A DNA stretch of 64,000 bases from positions 62,001 through 126,000 of the IMG/VR virus record IMGVR_UViG_3300023179_005186; one strand, given 5' to 3'. The notes below the pieces were generated by a model. It was not told the DNA's origin. It ran no database searches and worked only from the letters and a program-made list of their open reading frames with translations. How positions within the stretch are numbered: position 1 is the stretch's first letter; every line of letters starts with the position of its first letter. A program made the translations under genes and the position numbers. Positions 41,188 to 52,780 of this stretch are shown here, one piece after another.

Positions 41188-42819
41188 TTAAAAATTAGAA
41201 GTAAAAATAGTAGCAGCGACACCATTAACAATACGTAAAAAATTATAAGTAACTGCATAAGATTTGAATACATATTTATTATAATTAATATCGATAGGAT
41301 TAAAATAAGTATTAATATCAAAAGTATAAAATGAAGATATATTACAAGATCCAGATGGTTGTAGATTATCAGGATAAAGACAGAAAGATGATAAACCAAA
41401 ACCATTTGTATTATAAGCCATAGGAAAATGTATAAAAGGAGTATAAGAAGAGTAATATTTCATATCAATTTCTTCATTAGCAAGAGTAGAATTTAGTGAG
41501 AAAGATGCAGATTTAATAACAGTTTTATAATTAATAGTTTTTGCAAATTTAACAAACTGTGGTTTAAAAAACAAAGTGTTATAATTAAACAGATAGTTTA
41601 CATTTGGATTAAGAAAATAATTAACTTGACCCATAAAAACAAAGTATTTACAAGGATTAATAAGTTCTAAAGTATTTCTGTTAAATTGATTTGAAAGATA
41701 TCTAGGATTAGAAAAATATACTTGTTCGACAAGATAGTTATGTTTATTTTGAAAGAATTTCGTTCTTTCTTCTCTATCTAAATAAATATAATCAATTAAC
41801 AAGTATAATTGTTTTAATGTGATATTACTAAAAAAAGAATAATTATAATTTTTTTGAATAAAAATAGAATTTGGATCAAGTGAACTAGATTCAGATGGTT
41901 GGAATAAAGATCCGCTATCAAGACCATAAATAATATAATTTTTAAAATTAGTATCATTAAAATATTGTCCATCTATATTTTGATAATAAGTATTTGTAGT
42001 TGTAATAAATTCATTATCAGAAATTTTTCTATAATAAAGATAATATGAAGTAGGTGCTTTAGTAACAGGATCATATTCTGCAATTTCAATACTATCAAAC
42101 TCACCCCAAGCAATACCTTGTGGAGTGTATTGAACTATAGGTTCACCTAAAATACCATAACCATAATATTTATTAATTTTAATATAGTTACTAGGTGAAA
42201 AGATAGAACAATTTTCAAAATTATTTAACTGTATATTAAACCTAATAATTGAATATTCTAAACATAACATTGGTAAAGCTAATCCTGATGTATTACAAAA
42301 CCAAAAAAATAAAGGAATATATAACATTTTAGAATTAATACCATTTTCAACATATTCATATGTAGTAAAATCAGGAGTATTACCAATATATTCATCGAGT
42401 GAACTATTATAATTATTCCAATTAAGTTCATTTAATACATTCATCCATTCACCCCATTGTTTTTGAATAGTTTGACCACCAATTTCTATTTCAACATAAT
42501 CTATTAATGCATAAGCAACTTTTTGTGCCCACTTAAATTTAATTCGTTTATCAATAATATTATCTAATGAATAAATTATAGGAATATCAGGTAATTCAAT
42601 AACCAACCACATTTTATGAACAAGATCACCTAATTTTCCTATTTCAATAGAATATTTTTTTCCAAATTTTGCAGTATAAAGAAGATCATTTCTAACAGTT
42701 TCAATAGAAAAATTTGTATATCTTCTATAGATAATTTTAAAAAATGTTATTTGAGGGTCTTGATTTAAGACAATATTTTCATCACCATATGCTACTAATT
42801 GTATTTCACCTGCAGGCAT
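41188..42819 (-). CDS. Major capsid protein paralog (double jelly-roll)
   Basis: QLVAYGDEN..PQITFFK..YRRYTNF, GDLVHKMWL, IEIGGQTI and C-terminal QPSGSCN..YNFLRIVNG. Confidence 0.93.
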   Translation of the reverse strand: MPAGEIQLVAYGDENIVLNQDPQITFFKIIYRRYTNFSIETVRNDLLYTAKFGKKYSIEIGKLGDLVHKMWLVIELPDIPIIYSLDNIIDKRIKFKWAQKVAYALIDYVEIEIGGQTIQKQWGEWMNVLNELNWNNYNSSLDEYIGNTPDFTTYEYVENGINSKMLYIPLFFWFCNTSGLALPMLCLEYSIIRFNIQLNNFENCSIFSPSNYIKINKYYGYGILGEPIVQYTPQGIAWGEFDSIEIAEYDPVTKAPTSYYLYYRKISDNEFITTTNTYYQNIDGQYFNDTNFKNYIIYGLDSGSLFQPSESSSLDPNSIFIQKNYNYSFFSNITLKQLYLLIDYIYLDREERTKFFQNKHNYLVEQVYFSNPRYLSNQFNRNTLELINPCKYFVFMGQVNYFLNPNVNYLFNYNTLFFKPQFVKFAKTINYKTVIKSASFSLNSTLANEEIDMKYYSSYTPFIHFPMAYNTNGFGLSSFCLYPDNLQPSGSCNISSFYTFDINTYFNPIDINYNKYVFKSYAVTYNFLRIVNGVAATIFTSNF

Positions 42820-42878
42820 TTTTAAGTTATATTATATAATATTATTAAATTTAATTAATTTAATTATTAAAAAAAAAA

Positions 42879-45800
42879 TTAATTGTTTGATATAAATAAT
42901 AATCCTGATAATCCAGATTGATACCTAAGAATATTATATTGGATAGTTGTTAAATTAATTTGTGCAGAAAATTTACCTAAATCAAACAATGTTTTGGTAT
43001 TACCAAAATAATTAAGTAATCCTTTTTTATCCATGATAATTTGTATTGAAAAAATTCTAGTTGTAGTTAGATTAATAGCTCCAGTTGGTTGAAAATCTTC
43101 AGGTTCTAAAGCAAAACTATAAACATTTAAATTAGTATTAACTTTAGCTCTAGTATTATATTTATATTGATTAAGAATAGTAGTAATTCCATTATAATTA
43201 TTTGAACTTAAATTATTTACTCCATCTCTTCTAGCTCCATCTAAATAGAATTTAGTGTTTAAAATAAAATCATAAATATTATAACTTTTTTCATTAATTT
43301 TTTTATAATTATTTGGTGTAATTTTATTATAATTTAAAAAGAATGTTAATTCCCAAATTATTTCTTTAACTAAACTATTAATATCAAAATCAAATTGTAG
43401 GGTAATAGTATCATCAAATTGATTTACAAAATAATCAAAGTCTAATGTTCTGATATAATTTCCATGTGTTTCAATTAAATTATCAATAGCTTTTTCACAT
43501 ATTATTTTTCTTTCGTCTCTTTCAACAAATATAAAATCCATATTTAGTGCTGAACTAACATTAAAAGGTATTAAATAATTGATAGCTATAGAATCTTTAA
43601 AAATATTTTTAGAAGAAAATAATGCATCAATTTTAATATTAGTATACATACATGCAATTAATGGTATAGCATTACTAATACCTTGAAAAAAGAAATTTAA
43701 TGGAATATAAAAATTTTTATTTCCCATATGAACTATCCAATTAGTTAATCCAGTGGTTAAATAAGATTCATTATCACCAAGAGTATTAATTCCTAACATT
43801 TCAACAATTGCTTGATAAATATTAAGATTAACATTTAAATTAATAAAAATTTTGTACATTTGTTTATTTAAAAAATCGATTTGTTGATCATCAAAATTTA
43901 AATGAAAATATTCAAATATTTTGATAATACCTAATTCATTAATATAACCTCCGTTTATTTCTTTAATATAATTCATATAATCATTAGTTATATTAAGTAA
44001 TGAATTAAATTCATAAATACTTTTCATTTGTTTAATCACTTCACATTCATTAAAATCAACACAAACACCTAATAAATATTTCCAAACATTAGTTTTATTA
44101 TTCTTAATATAAAAGTTAGTTTCTTTTGATTTAAGGTAACTATTTAATAATTTAATATTATTAGGTGTATTAACACTAATTTGTCCATTAAAAGTTTTAA
44201 TATTAAAAAGTACTGAATCGTTAATAATATTTTCATTAACATATAAATTATTGATAACAATATTTGAAAAGAATTCTTGGCAAATTAAAATAAAATTAAG
44301 ATTATCGTAAACATTAAATAATATATTATTAAGACCATTAAAAAATTTATTAACTTGTATAAATTCTAAATCATCTTCAATATTAGTATCTGTTAAACTA
44401 ATAAATTCCATATATTTAATAATATTTGTATTAATTAGATTAGCAAAAGTATAAATGATATTATCTAAATCATTTGTATACCTATTTCCATAAGTAGATA
44501 ACCATGTTAAATAACAATTATAATAAAATAAAATAATTATTAGGTCATTATTGTTTAGAGAATCAATACCATTATATATTAGTGTAAATATAGTAATAAT
44601 ATTTTCATCAAAAACAAATGATTTGCCATTGAATAAAGTTATTATATTTGAAGTTGATAGATAAATATTATCAAATTTATTAGAATAACCACCAAGTATA
44701 TTTTTAAATGTATCTAAATTTTGTTTGATATTTTGTAAAATATTTTTAATAACTGTTGTAGTATAAAGAATTGGTTTATTATTAATAGAATAAAATTTAT
44801 TTACTTGACTACTATAGTTATTTATTAATCCATTGATAGTGTTATTAATAATTGTTGAACTAATTGAATTCTCTTCAAATATTTGTAATTCATTAGTATA
44901 ATTATTATAAATTTGTATACTAAAATCATCTAAATTATTTTCTTGTTCGATAAATGTATTTATTTTATATTTAGTAATATCTTTTATAGTGTCATCTTGT
45001 ATTGTTTTATAAAAATTATTAATAATATTTTTTTTAATAAAATTTTTATTGATAAAATCAAGAAATGTAGCTGGACTAGAAGAAATATCTAAAGTAATTA
45101 TTAATTTACCAAAATAAATAAAAGTGTTACATGATAATAATATATTGTTAAAAATATTATAGTAATCTTCGATATTAATATATCTATTAATTATAGTAGT
45201 AGACATTATTCTATATAATATTTGTAGTTTAGGTATGTTATTAATAAAAGTAGTATAATCATAATTGCTACCTTCAAAAGAAATATTTAAATCTAAATTA
45301 ACAAAACTGGTATAAGAAAAATAAAAACTATAAAAAATTATTTGTGAATCTAAGAATTTATTAAGTCTTTTATCAAAACTATTATGATATAGAATACCCC
45401 ATAATGTTTTTTTTAAAACATTAAATAATGTTTCAGTAAAATAAATTGATTCTTCAATTCTGGTACCTATATAATTAAATTCTTGTTCAAATATCAATTG
45501 ATAAATAGTTTTGAAATCTATATCAACATAAGTATTATTTTGAAAAACACGAAATAAATATAAAAAATAATTTGAATATAAATCAACATATTTATTAAAT
45601 AATTTATTAGTAATATCCTCATTTAAAAAATCAAAATATTGAAAAATAATAGAGGTAAAATTATTAAAATTTAATATAAAATCTTTTAATTCAAAATTAT
45701 TATTTGCAAAATCGTAATATTTAAAAATAATATTTTCCCAATATTTTTTCCAAATTAATTCAAGATTATATTCAATACTATAGTCATTTATATAATAAAT

Positions 45801-48800
45801 AATTTCTTTAACAGATTTACTAAAAAGTTTAACAAATTCACTATAATCAACTATGTTTACAATAATTTTATATGGATTATAAATATTTAGAAGAAGTGAT
45901 TGATATTTAACATTAAGTGTATAAAAAAATTCATTAATAATATTTTTATCAGTAAATGAAATAATTGTTTTATCAATAATTTCATTTAAGACTGTTTCAT
46001 TATAATTTAAAGTAATACTTAATTTATATTCAATAATTTTAATAATTAATTGTATACTGATTTTAATTCTATAAATTAAATTTGTTAAATTTAATTTGTA
46101 TTCTAAATTAAAATTTTTAAATTTATTAATAGTATTAAAAAATATCACTAAATCATAATTAGATTTAGTTGGATTTATTTCAACAGAATCATATAATAGT
46201 ATATAATAATATAAATTAATTAAGTAATCATATAATTCATCATAATTAGTAAATGTACTATTTCTTAAAAAATAATTTTGTAAAATTAAATTTTTAGTAT
46301 TTGATACATTAAATTTATTAATTTGAAATTGAAAATTAAATTGTTTAAATAATTTTAAAATATAATTATAGTTATCAATATATTCAAGAGGATTTTTTGT
46401 ATTTAAACTATATAAATTTTTAGATAATATAGTATTTATTATTTGATAAAATATTTGTTTATATACTTCAATATTATTTTCTTTTATATTTATAATTGAT
46501 TCTGGATTATCAAGAATAATCTTATAATAATCAAATAATCTTTCATATATAACAACATAGTTTTTTTCAAAATTATAGTAATTATATTCAAAATTATAAT
46601 ATTTTTTAAATAATTGTAAATAAATTTTTTTAAAATTAATATTATTAGTTGATAAATCATAATCACAAGGAGTTATAATAGATAATTTATCTAAATTATA
46701 TGCTATATTTTCTAATGAATCAATATTAAAAAATCTAGTTAATATATTTTCATAAATATATTTTTCATTAATCTGATTTTTATAGCTTCCTAAATTATAT
46801 GATAATTGATAATTAGATGTTAATCCTTTAAAACCTTCAAGTATATCATTAACAAATCTTGCTCCAAGTCTTAAATTTCCAATAACGTTATTAACATCAT
46901 TATTTAAATTATTATATGTAATATTATAATATTTAAGTAATGAACATACTAAGTTAAATGAAATATTTATATTAGAAATATCTGTTTCTTTATAATTTTT
47001 AAGATTATTATCAATAAATTGTGATACAGTATAACTTGAATTATAATATATATTATTTAAATCATATATTGTATTCGATATTTTAATATCTAATAAATTA
47101 ATACTTTGTATAGTTAATTCATATTTATTTGGATTATTTATAGTTACATCATTATTATATACAATATTAATTCTTTTAATTAAATTAGAAACGGTTATAC
47201 CTTTAATTGGTTCAACTAATGTAGTTGTATAAATATCATCATTACCAATAATTAATTCATATGATTTAATATATTTTTGAACAAGTGTAATAAAATATTC
47301 ATCAATATTTACTGAATTTTTAACTAAATTTACAATATAAATAATATCATTATAATAACTTAAGCTAGAATCAATATCAATCTTAATTTGATTAACATTA
47401 TCATCATTAAAAGAATAAACAGAACTGATATAATAATATATGATTTTAAGATTTGATACACTCAGAATATCTTGTATAGCAAAATCTATTAATTCTGTTT
47501 CAATATCATACTCAAATTTTGTTTCAGGATTTATAGAAAAGTTTTCAATTAATAATATATGTATAAATGATAATACAAGATAATTATAGTATAAATAGAT
47601 AATAATCTTTTTTTTAATATTATCTGTTAATATAGATATAAAACAATCTGCTTGATTATTTTTTTTTAATTCAACAATAGAATTATATATATCATTTGGA
47701 GCAAAATTTTCACTTAGAACAGTTATATTAAATATTAATTGATATAATTCATTCAAATTTGCAACATCATTAAAATAATTAATAACTGGAATATCATTGT
47801 CTAATTTAAATAAAAGAATTTCTTCGAAATTTTTAATACAATAGTTTCTAAATGTATTATAATAATAATAAAATGAGTTTGTTTTAGTATAGTCAACATC
47901 TAATTTACTAATCATAACATTAATCCATTTATTTTGTAAAAAAGCATTATAATCAGACCAATTTTGATAATTAAACATTTGAAAAACATCAATATCTTCA
48001 TAAAGTGCTGTATTTGATCTATATTCTTTATAAAAAGTTTTTTCTACAGTTTGCTTAGATTCATAAATTTTAACTATATCATAAAGTGTTTGTGTTTTAA
48101 AATAATTAATAGTTTCTTGTAAATTTTTTGATTTAGAAATAGCATAATTAGTTGCAAAAATATATAAAATTCTATTCATATTTTTTTCAAAATTAATAGA
48201 ATTTAGAATATTAATATTAATATAATTACAAATTAATTGTATAAGATTATCAGTCGAATAAAGTGGATTGATATTATTAATATTTAAAACTAAATTATTT
48301 AATTTAGTTTTTTTACTTATAATACCACATTTTTGAAAGAATATTGTATAAAAATAATTGGATAGATCTCCTTCATAAAAATATTTAACAGTATTTAATA
48401 GATTATTTATAATTCTTGATTTAAAATTATCAAATATACTAATGGTACTATAAGCAATTTTTAAATTATTATAAATGTTATTTTCAATATTATAATTAGT
48501 TTCGTTATATAAAATATTTAAAATATCTATGTATTCTTCTTGTAATGATGTTTCAGATAAATTATCAACGGAAACAGTTTTACCATTTATACCTCCATTT
48601 AAAATTGAATATAATATTTTATTATATTGATAGATAAAGTTGTTTAAATTATTATTAAATTTATGAAAAAAAGTAGGAAAGGAAGATATACTATAATTAT
48701 TATTTAATACATTTATAAAACTAAATTTATTAATTAAATCAAATAATGTTTTATTATTTGATTCAGTTATTTTAATATCAGTTGATTGCATATATCTTAA

Positions 48801-51800
48801 ATAATCCTGTTTATAGTCTATAATTTTATTTTTATTAGATAAAGTTTCTTCAATATAAATAGTATTATAATCAAGATTAATTAATATTCCAGAGTTAGAT
48901 AAAATTATAATTATTTCATTTACAGATTTAGTATATATGTTGGTAGAGTATTTTTTAGTAATATAAATATCAAAATTGTTATCATTAGAAAAATTTTGTG
49001 AATTAATAAAAGTATTCACATCTGAAGATAAACAATTATAAATAAAACTCATATACAATAATAAAATACAAATTATGTTATTTTTAGTAAAGGATGTATT
49101 AACAAAGTAGTATTTTGAATCAATTAAATTAATATTTGTATTATTAGTTTGATTAAATATTACTATTTGATTAATTATAATATTAAGACATTGATTAAAA
49201 ATAATTTCGTTGACACTATAATACAATAAATATGTAAAATTTTCATAAATATATATATTAATATTATTTACAAATTGTATATAGTATTTATATGCAATAA
49301 TATTGTAACTTAGTAATAAATTATTATATTGAGAATATATATATTGAAACACATCGGTTATATTAGAATTATCTAGATAATTTACAAATTGTTTTATATC
49401 ATTTGATTTATTACCATAAAAATTATTAATTTGATTAAAATTATTGTATACAATAGTTAAATTAAATGTTTTATTAATTGTATTTAAGTTATCCAAGTTA
49501 ATATTATCAAAAATAGTACCAATTGCAAAAATAGAATAATAACAATTATAATAAAATTTATTTGTATTTAAATTTTCAAAATTTACTACAATTTGTTCTG
49601 ATAAAAATACTTTTTTAATATCTTCTACAATTATTTCATATTGTAAATTTTCTTTTTTAAAAAAATTATTAACTAAATTATAAATTAGATCATAATTAAT
49701 AAATTTTAATTTATTTAATTCCATTATTTTTAAAAATTCAATTATTATAAAATCATCATAATTATATCTGAAATCATTTATAAAATTATTAATCTTATCA
49801 AAATTTTTTTGATCAATTAATATATCTTTACTTATTGCATTAGCTATTTTTTTAAAATAGAAAGATTGATATAAAAATATCAATGATTTACTTGAATCAT
49901 TTGGATTAATACTTAGTAAATAATTAAAATATAAATCTGAAAATAAATTTATTTGATCAAAACATAAAAAATTATTAATTAAATTAAATTTATTATCTAA
50001 AATAGGAGATACATCAAGATTAATTGTATTAATTTGATCAATGATTGAATTATTTATATTATTAAAAAATTTAATAAATGAAATTATAAATTTAAAAGCT
50101 AGATCTCTAAGTGTAATAAAATCTTCAGGTATTTTATTTTTAAATGATATGTCTAAACTCATATTAGCAAAATATGTATATAAGAAATATATTCTATAAA
50201 TAGGTGAATTTATAAAAATAAAATTTAAAAATATATTTGGTTCATTAAAATTAGTTTTTATGTATGTACATTCTTTAGTAATAGGGTCATGTATCTTTTT
50301 AAAATATTTAAAATTAGAGAAAGAATTATTATAAAGATAGTTATCTGTATAATTAAATAAATTTTCCATAATAAATGTATTTATTGAAAATGGAATATTA
50401 ATATTTGGTAATAACAAATTAAAATTAATTTGTGTTAGTTCATATAAATAATTCTTTATTAATTCATTATTATATTTATTTTCAACTTTTACAACATTAT
50501 TATAATATTCATCAATTACATTATTAAAATTATTAATATTCAAATAGTCATTAATATATTGATCAATATCTAAAGTATTATTAAAGTTACATTTAAACAA
50601 ATTAAAATCAAAATTAATATTATTTTTTATATTTTTTATTAGATTACTATAAAAAATATCTTTTGACTTGTTAAATATTGTTACAGATTTTAATATACTA
50701 ACATCCAGTGTTGGACAAGGATCAACAAGTGATTCTGAATACATAAAAATATTACTTGAATATGGAAATATTGCAGAAGCATAGTCCATGTTATAAAATA
50801 AGTTTGTTAGAATACCATTTGGTTGATAAATATCAAATGAATTTTTTATATAAATATTTGCAATTACATTAATTGATTCTGATATTATTAATAGTAATGA
50901 ATTTTGAAATAAATTCTGAATGTATATTAAATTTTCATTGATTGGATTACTTATTAGTAAATCATTATTTACATTTATAACAAAATTAAATAAGTTATTA
51001 TTATATATGTAGTTTGTTACATAAGATTTTCTTACAACTGAAAAATTATCTTCAATAAAATTATTTTTTGTTAAATTTACAAGTTGTGATAATAATGCAT
51101 CAAAAGAATTATATGTTTGATTATATCTAGAAGTAAATTTATCTAATACATTATAATATAGATAAGCACTTATTATAATACTTTGATAAACAGATATCTG
51201 TCTATTTGCAAAAGGAATAGTTGTATTCTTTAATACAAAATTATTTTTAACATTATTCTGATATAAAATCTTCTTAAATAAATTTTTAGATAATATTAAA
51301 ACATTTGGATTAATTAATATATCAAGAATTTTATTGTTAAAAATACCTTGACCTAAAGAATCTATTTTTTTAAGAAAATTAAAATCTTTATTATTAATAA
51401 TTTTTATATATTCTTGAATGGATATATTACTATTACAAATTAATGTAATTAATAATCTAATATATAGATCTGTTGGTAAATTTGTATTATATAAATTAGA
51501 AATATTAATTATTTGTGTTTCATCACTTATTAAATATTCATTAAAATCATTATTAGTTAAATTACCAAAAAATGGTGTATCTTTTAATATAAATAAAATC
51601 ATTTGAGTTCTTTCAACATTACTTATAATGTCATAATATGTAATATAATTTTTATCAATATTAGAAACTATTTTTAGTATTTTATTAAAAGCATTATCAG
51701 TCAAAATATATTTTTTACTTTTAATTTTATTATCAATTATTTCCAAATTAATTTGATTAATACTACTAAAAAGAAATACTATAAATTGGTTATAAAATGT

Positions 51801-52610
51801 ATTAAGATCATTCAAATTATTATAGAAAAGAGAAATATATAATGTATTTTTATCAATTTTAATTTTACCAAATATTGTAAAATTATAATTATTAATAATT
51901 AAATTAAATAATTCTAAATATTTTTCTTGATCTTCTTTTAAAAATTTTATTCTAAATGAAGATTTAAAATTTTCTAAATCTATCCTTATGTAATCTAAAT
52001 TATTAAAATCAATTTGATTAAATAAATATAATATTAAAGTATTTGAAGTTATAGGTTCATCAGAATACATATTATATCCATAAAAATTATAATACTGATT
52101 AATATTATAAAAAATATTATTTTTATCAGTTTCTAATACACAATTATAAGTATATTTAAAGATTTCTGAAGGTTCTGATTCAATTTTAAAATAAGTATTC
52201 ATAATAGTAAGATAATTAATATCATCATTAATAAAGTTAACTTTTGAAATACTTACTATTTTTATTAAATTTTCATTAAAAAAATTAATTTTTATACTAT
52301 ATGAATTATATTGATTTAATATATTATTAAATAATGTACAGTACAATGAAGGATATTGTTTTAGTAGTTCTGTATAATTTTCATCATATGCTATTTTTAA
52401 ATATGATTTTGATAAAAAATCACCACTTTTAGGAATATTAAAACTTAATAATGAATTATCTTTCAAGTAATTACCTCCAATTTCATAATTATTAATAAAA
52501 AAATTAGTGTGTCTTCTATAGTATATTTTAAAGAAGGTTATTTGAGGTTCTTTATTAAAAATATTATATTCATATCCAGGTGTAATTAATTGAATAAAGC
52601 CAACTCCCAT
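42879..52610 (-). CDS. Giant capsid-protein paralog (3243 aa) with ~2800-aa insertion
   Basis: MCP N-terminus (PQITFFK..YRRHTNF, SGDFLSK) and C-terminus (YSFALEPEDFQPTGAIN, YNILRYQSG) flank a long N/I/Y/F-rich insert. Confidence 0.88.
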   Translation of the reverse strand: MGVGFIQLITPGYEYNIFNKEPQITFFKIYYRRHTNFFINNYEIGGNYLKDNSLLSFNIPKSGDFLSKSYLKIAYDENYTELLKQYPSLYCTLFNNILNQYNSYSIKINFFNENLIKIVSISKVNFINDDINYLTIMNTYFKIESEPSEIFKYTYNCVLETDKNNIFYNINQYYNFYGYNMYSDEPITSNTLILYLFNQIDFNNLDYIRIDLENFKSSFRIKFLKEDQEKYLELFNLIINNYNFTIFGKIKIDKNTLYISLFYNNLNDLNTFYNQFIVFLFSSINQINLEIIDNKIKSKKYILTDNAFNKILKIVSNIDKNYITYYDIISNVERTQMILFILKDTPFFGNLTNNDFNEYLISDETQIINISNLYNTNLPTDLYIRLLITLICNSNISIQEYIKIINNKDFNFLKKIDSLGQGIFNNKILDILINPNVLILSKNLFKKILYQNNVKNNFVLKNTTIPFANRQISVYQSIIISAYLYYNVLDKFTSRYNQTYNSFDALLSQLVNLTKNNFIEDNFSVVRKSYVTNYIYNNNLFNFVINVNNDLLISNPINENLIYIQNLFQNSLLLIISESINVIANIYIKNSFDIYQPNGILTNLFYNMDYASAIFPYSSNIFMYSESLVDPCPTLDVSILKSVTIFNKSKDIFYSNLIKNIKNNINFDFNLFKCNFNNTLDIDQYINDYLNINNFNNVIDEYYNNVVKVENKYNNELIKNYLYELTQINFNLLLPNINIPFSINTFIMENLFNYTDNYLYNNSFSNFKYFKKIHDPITKECTYIKTNFNEPNIFLNFIFINSPIYRIYFLYTYFANMSLDISFKNKIPEDFITLRDLAFKFIISFIKFFNNINNSIIDQINTINLDVSPILDNKFNLINNFLCFDQINLFSDLYFNYLLSINPNDSSKSLIFLYQSFYFKKIANAISKDILIDQKNFDKINNFINDFRYNYDDFIIIEFLKIMELNKLKFINYDLIYNLVNNFFKKENLQYEIIVEDIKKVFLSEQIVVNFENLNTNKFYYNCYYSIFAIGTIFDNINLDNLNTINKTFNLTIVYNNFNQINNFYGNKSNDIKQFVNYLDNSNITDVFQYIYSQYNNLLLSYNIIAYKYYIQFVNNINIYIYENFTYLLYYSVNEIIFNQCLNIIINQIVIFNQTNNTNINLIDSKYYFVNTSFTKNNIICILLLYMSFIYNCLSSDVNTFINSQNFSNDNNFDIYITKKYSTNIYTKSVNEIIIILSNSGILINLDYNTIYIEETLSNKNKIIDYKQDYLRYMQSTDIKITESNNKTLFDLINKFSFINVLNNNYSISSFPTFFHKFNNNLNNFIYQYNKILYSILNGGINGKTVSVDNLSETSLQEEYIDILNILYNETNYNIENNIYNNLKIAYSTISIFDNFKSRIINNLLNTVKYFYEGDLSNYFYTIFFQKCGIISKKTKLNNLVLNINNINPLYSTDNLIQLICNYININILNSINFEKNMNRILYIFATNYAISKSKNLQETINYFKTQTLYDIVKIYESKQTVEKTFYKEYRSNTALYEDIDVFQMFNYQNWSDYNAFLQNKWINVMISKLDVDYTKTNSFYYYYNTFRNYCIKNFEEILLFKLDNDIPVINYFNDVANLNELYQLIFNITVLSENFAPNDIYNSIVELKKNNQADCFISILTDNIKKKIIIYLYYNYLVLSFIHILLIENFSINPETKFEYDIETELIDFAIQDILSVSNLKIIYYYISSVYSFNDDNVNQIKIDIDSSLSYYNDIIYIVNLVKNSVNIDEYFITLVQKYIKSYELIIGNDDIYTTTLVEPIKGITVSNLIKRINIVYNNDVTINNPNKYELTIQSINLLDIKISNTIYDLNNIYYNSSYTVSQFIDNNLKNYKETDISNINISFNLVCSLLKYYNITYNNLNNDVNNVIGNLRLGARFVNDILEGFKGLTSNYQLSYNLGSYKNQINEKYIYENILTRFFNIDSLENIAYNLDKLSIITPCDYDLSTNNINFKKIYLQLFKKYYNFEYNYYNFEKNYVVIYERLFDYYKIILDNPESIINIKENNIEVYKQIFYQIINTILSKNLYSLNTKNPLEYIDNYNYILKLFKQFNFQFQINKFNVSNTKNLILQNYFLRNSTFTNYDELYDYLINLYYYILLYDSVEINPTKSNYDLVIFFNTINKFKNFNLEYKLNLTNLIYRIKISIQLIIKIIEYKLSITLNYNETVLNEIIDKTIISFTDKNIINEFFYTLNVKYQSLLLNIYNPYKIIVNIVDYSEFVKLFSKSVKEIIYYINDYSIEYNLELIWKKYWENIIFKYYDFANNNFELKDFILNFNNFTSIIFQYFDFLNEDITNKLFNKYVDLYSNYFLYLFRVFQNNTYVDIDFKTIYQLIFEQEFNYIGTRIEESIYFTETLFNVLKKTLWGILYHNSFDKRLNKFLDSQIIFYSFYFSYTSFVNLDLNISFEGSNYDYTTFINNIPKLQILYRIMSTTIINRYINIEDYYNIFNNILLSCNTFIYFGKLIITLDISSSPATFLDFINKNFIKKNIINNFYKTIQDDTIKDITKYKINTFIEQENNLDDFSIQIYNNYTNELQIFEENSISSTIINNTINGLINNYSSQVNKFYSINNKPILYTTTVIKNILQNIKQNLDTFKNILGGYSNKFDNIYLSTSNIITLFNGKSFVFDENIITIFTLIYNGIDSLNNNDLIIILFYYNCYLTWLSTYGNRYTNDLDNIIYTFANLINTNIIKYMEFISLTDTNIEDDLEFIQVNKFFNGLNNILFNVYDNLNFILICQEFFSNIVINNLYVNENIINDSVLFNIKTFNGQISVNTPNNIKLLNSYLKSKETNFYIKNNKTNVWKYLLGVCVDFNECEVIKQMKSIYEFNSLLNITNDYMNYIKEINGGYINELGIIKIFEYFHLNFDDQQIDFLNKQMYKIFINLNVNLNIYQAIVEMLGINTLGDNESYLTTGLTNWIVHMGNKNFYIPLNFFFQGISNAIPLIACMYTNIKIDALFSSKNIFKDSIAINYLIPFNVSSALNMDFIFVERDERKIICEKAIDNLIETHGNYIRTLDFDYFVNQFDDTITLQFDFDINSLVKEIIWELTFFLNYNKITPNNYKKINEKSYNIYDFILNTKFYLDGARRDGVNNLSSNNYNGITTILNQYKYNTRAKVNTNLNVYSFALEPEDFQPTGAINLTTTRIFSIQIIMDKKGLLNYFGNTKTLFDLGKFSAQINLTTIQYNILRYQSGLSGLLFISNN

Positions 52611-52644
52611 AATTAATATTATTATAGATTAATAATATTAATTA
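52610..52644. terminator. Canonical Mimiviridae-type polyadenylation hairpin downstream of capsid paralog 52751-54748
   Basis: TAATTAATATTATTA-TAGAT-TAATAATATTAATTA, 15-bp stem with 5-nt loop. Confidence 0.75.
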
Positions 52645-52664
52645 ATTAATTTTTAAGACATAAT

Positions 52665-52780
52665 TAATATGTATAGGATAAGGCTCCAATTCCTAATATG
52701 TATAGGATAAGGCTCCAATTCCTAATATGTATAGGATAAGGCTCCAATTCCTAATATGTATAGGATAATGCTCCAATTCC
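52665..52780. repeat. 29-bp tandem repeat x4 duplicating the capsid gene 3' end
   Basis: TAATATGTATAGGATAAGGCTCCAATTCC at 52665, 52694 and 52723; the coding copy at 52752 differs by one base. Confidence 0.96.

Noticed and set aside
43955-52385. Intein or intron within the giant capsid paralog
   Set aside because: The frame is uninterrupted, and no C/S...HN splice junctions or LAGLIDADG/HNH motifs were recognised.
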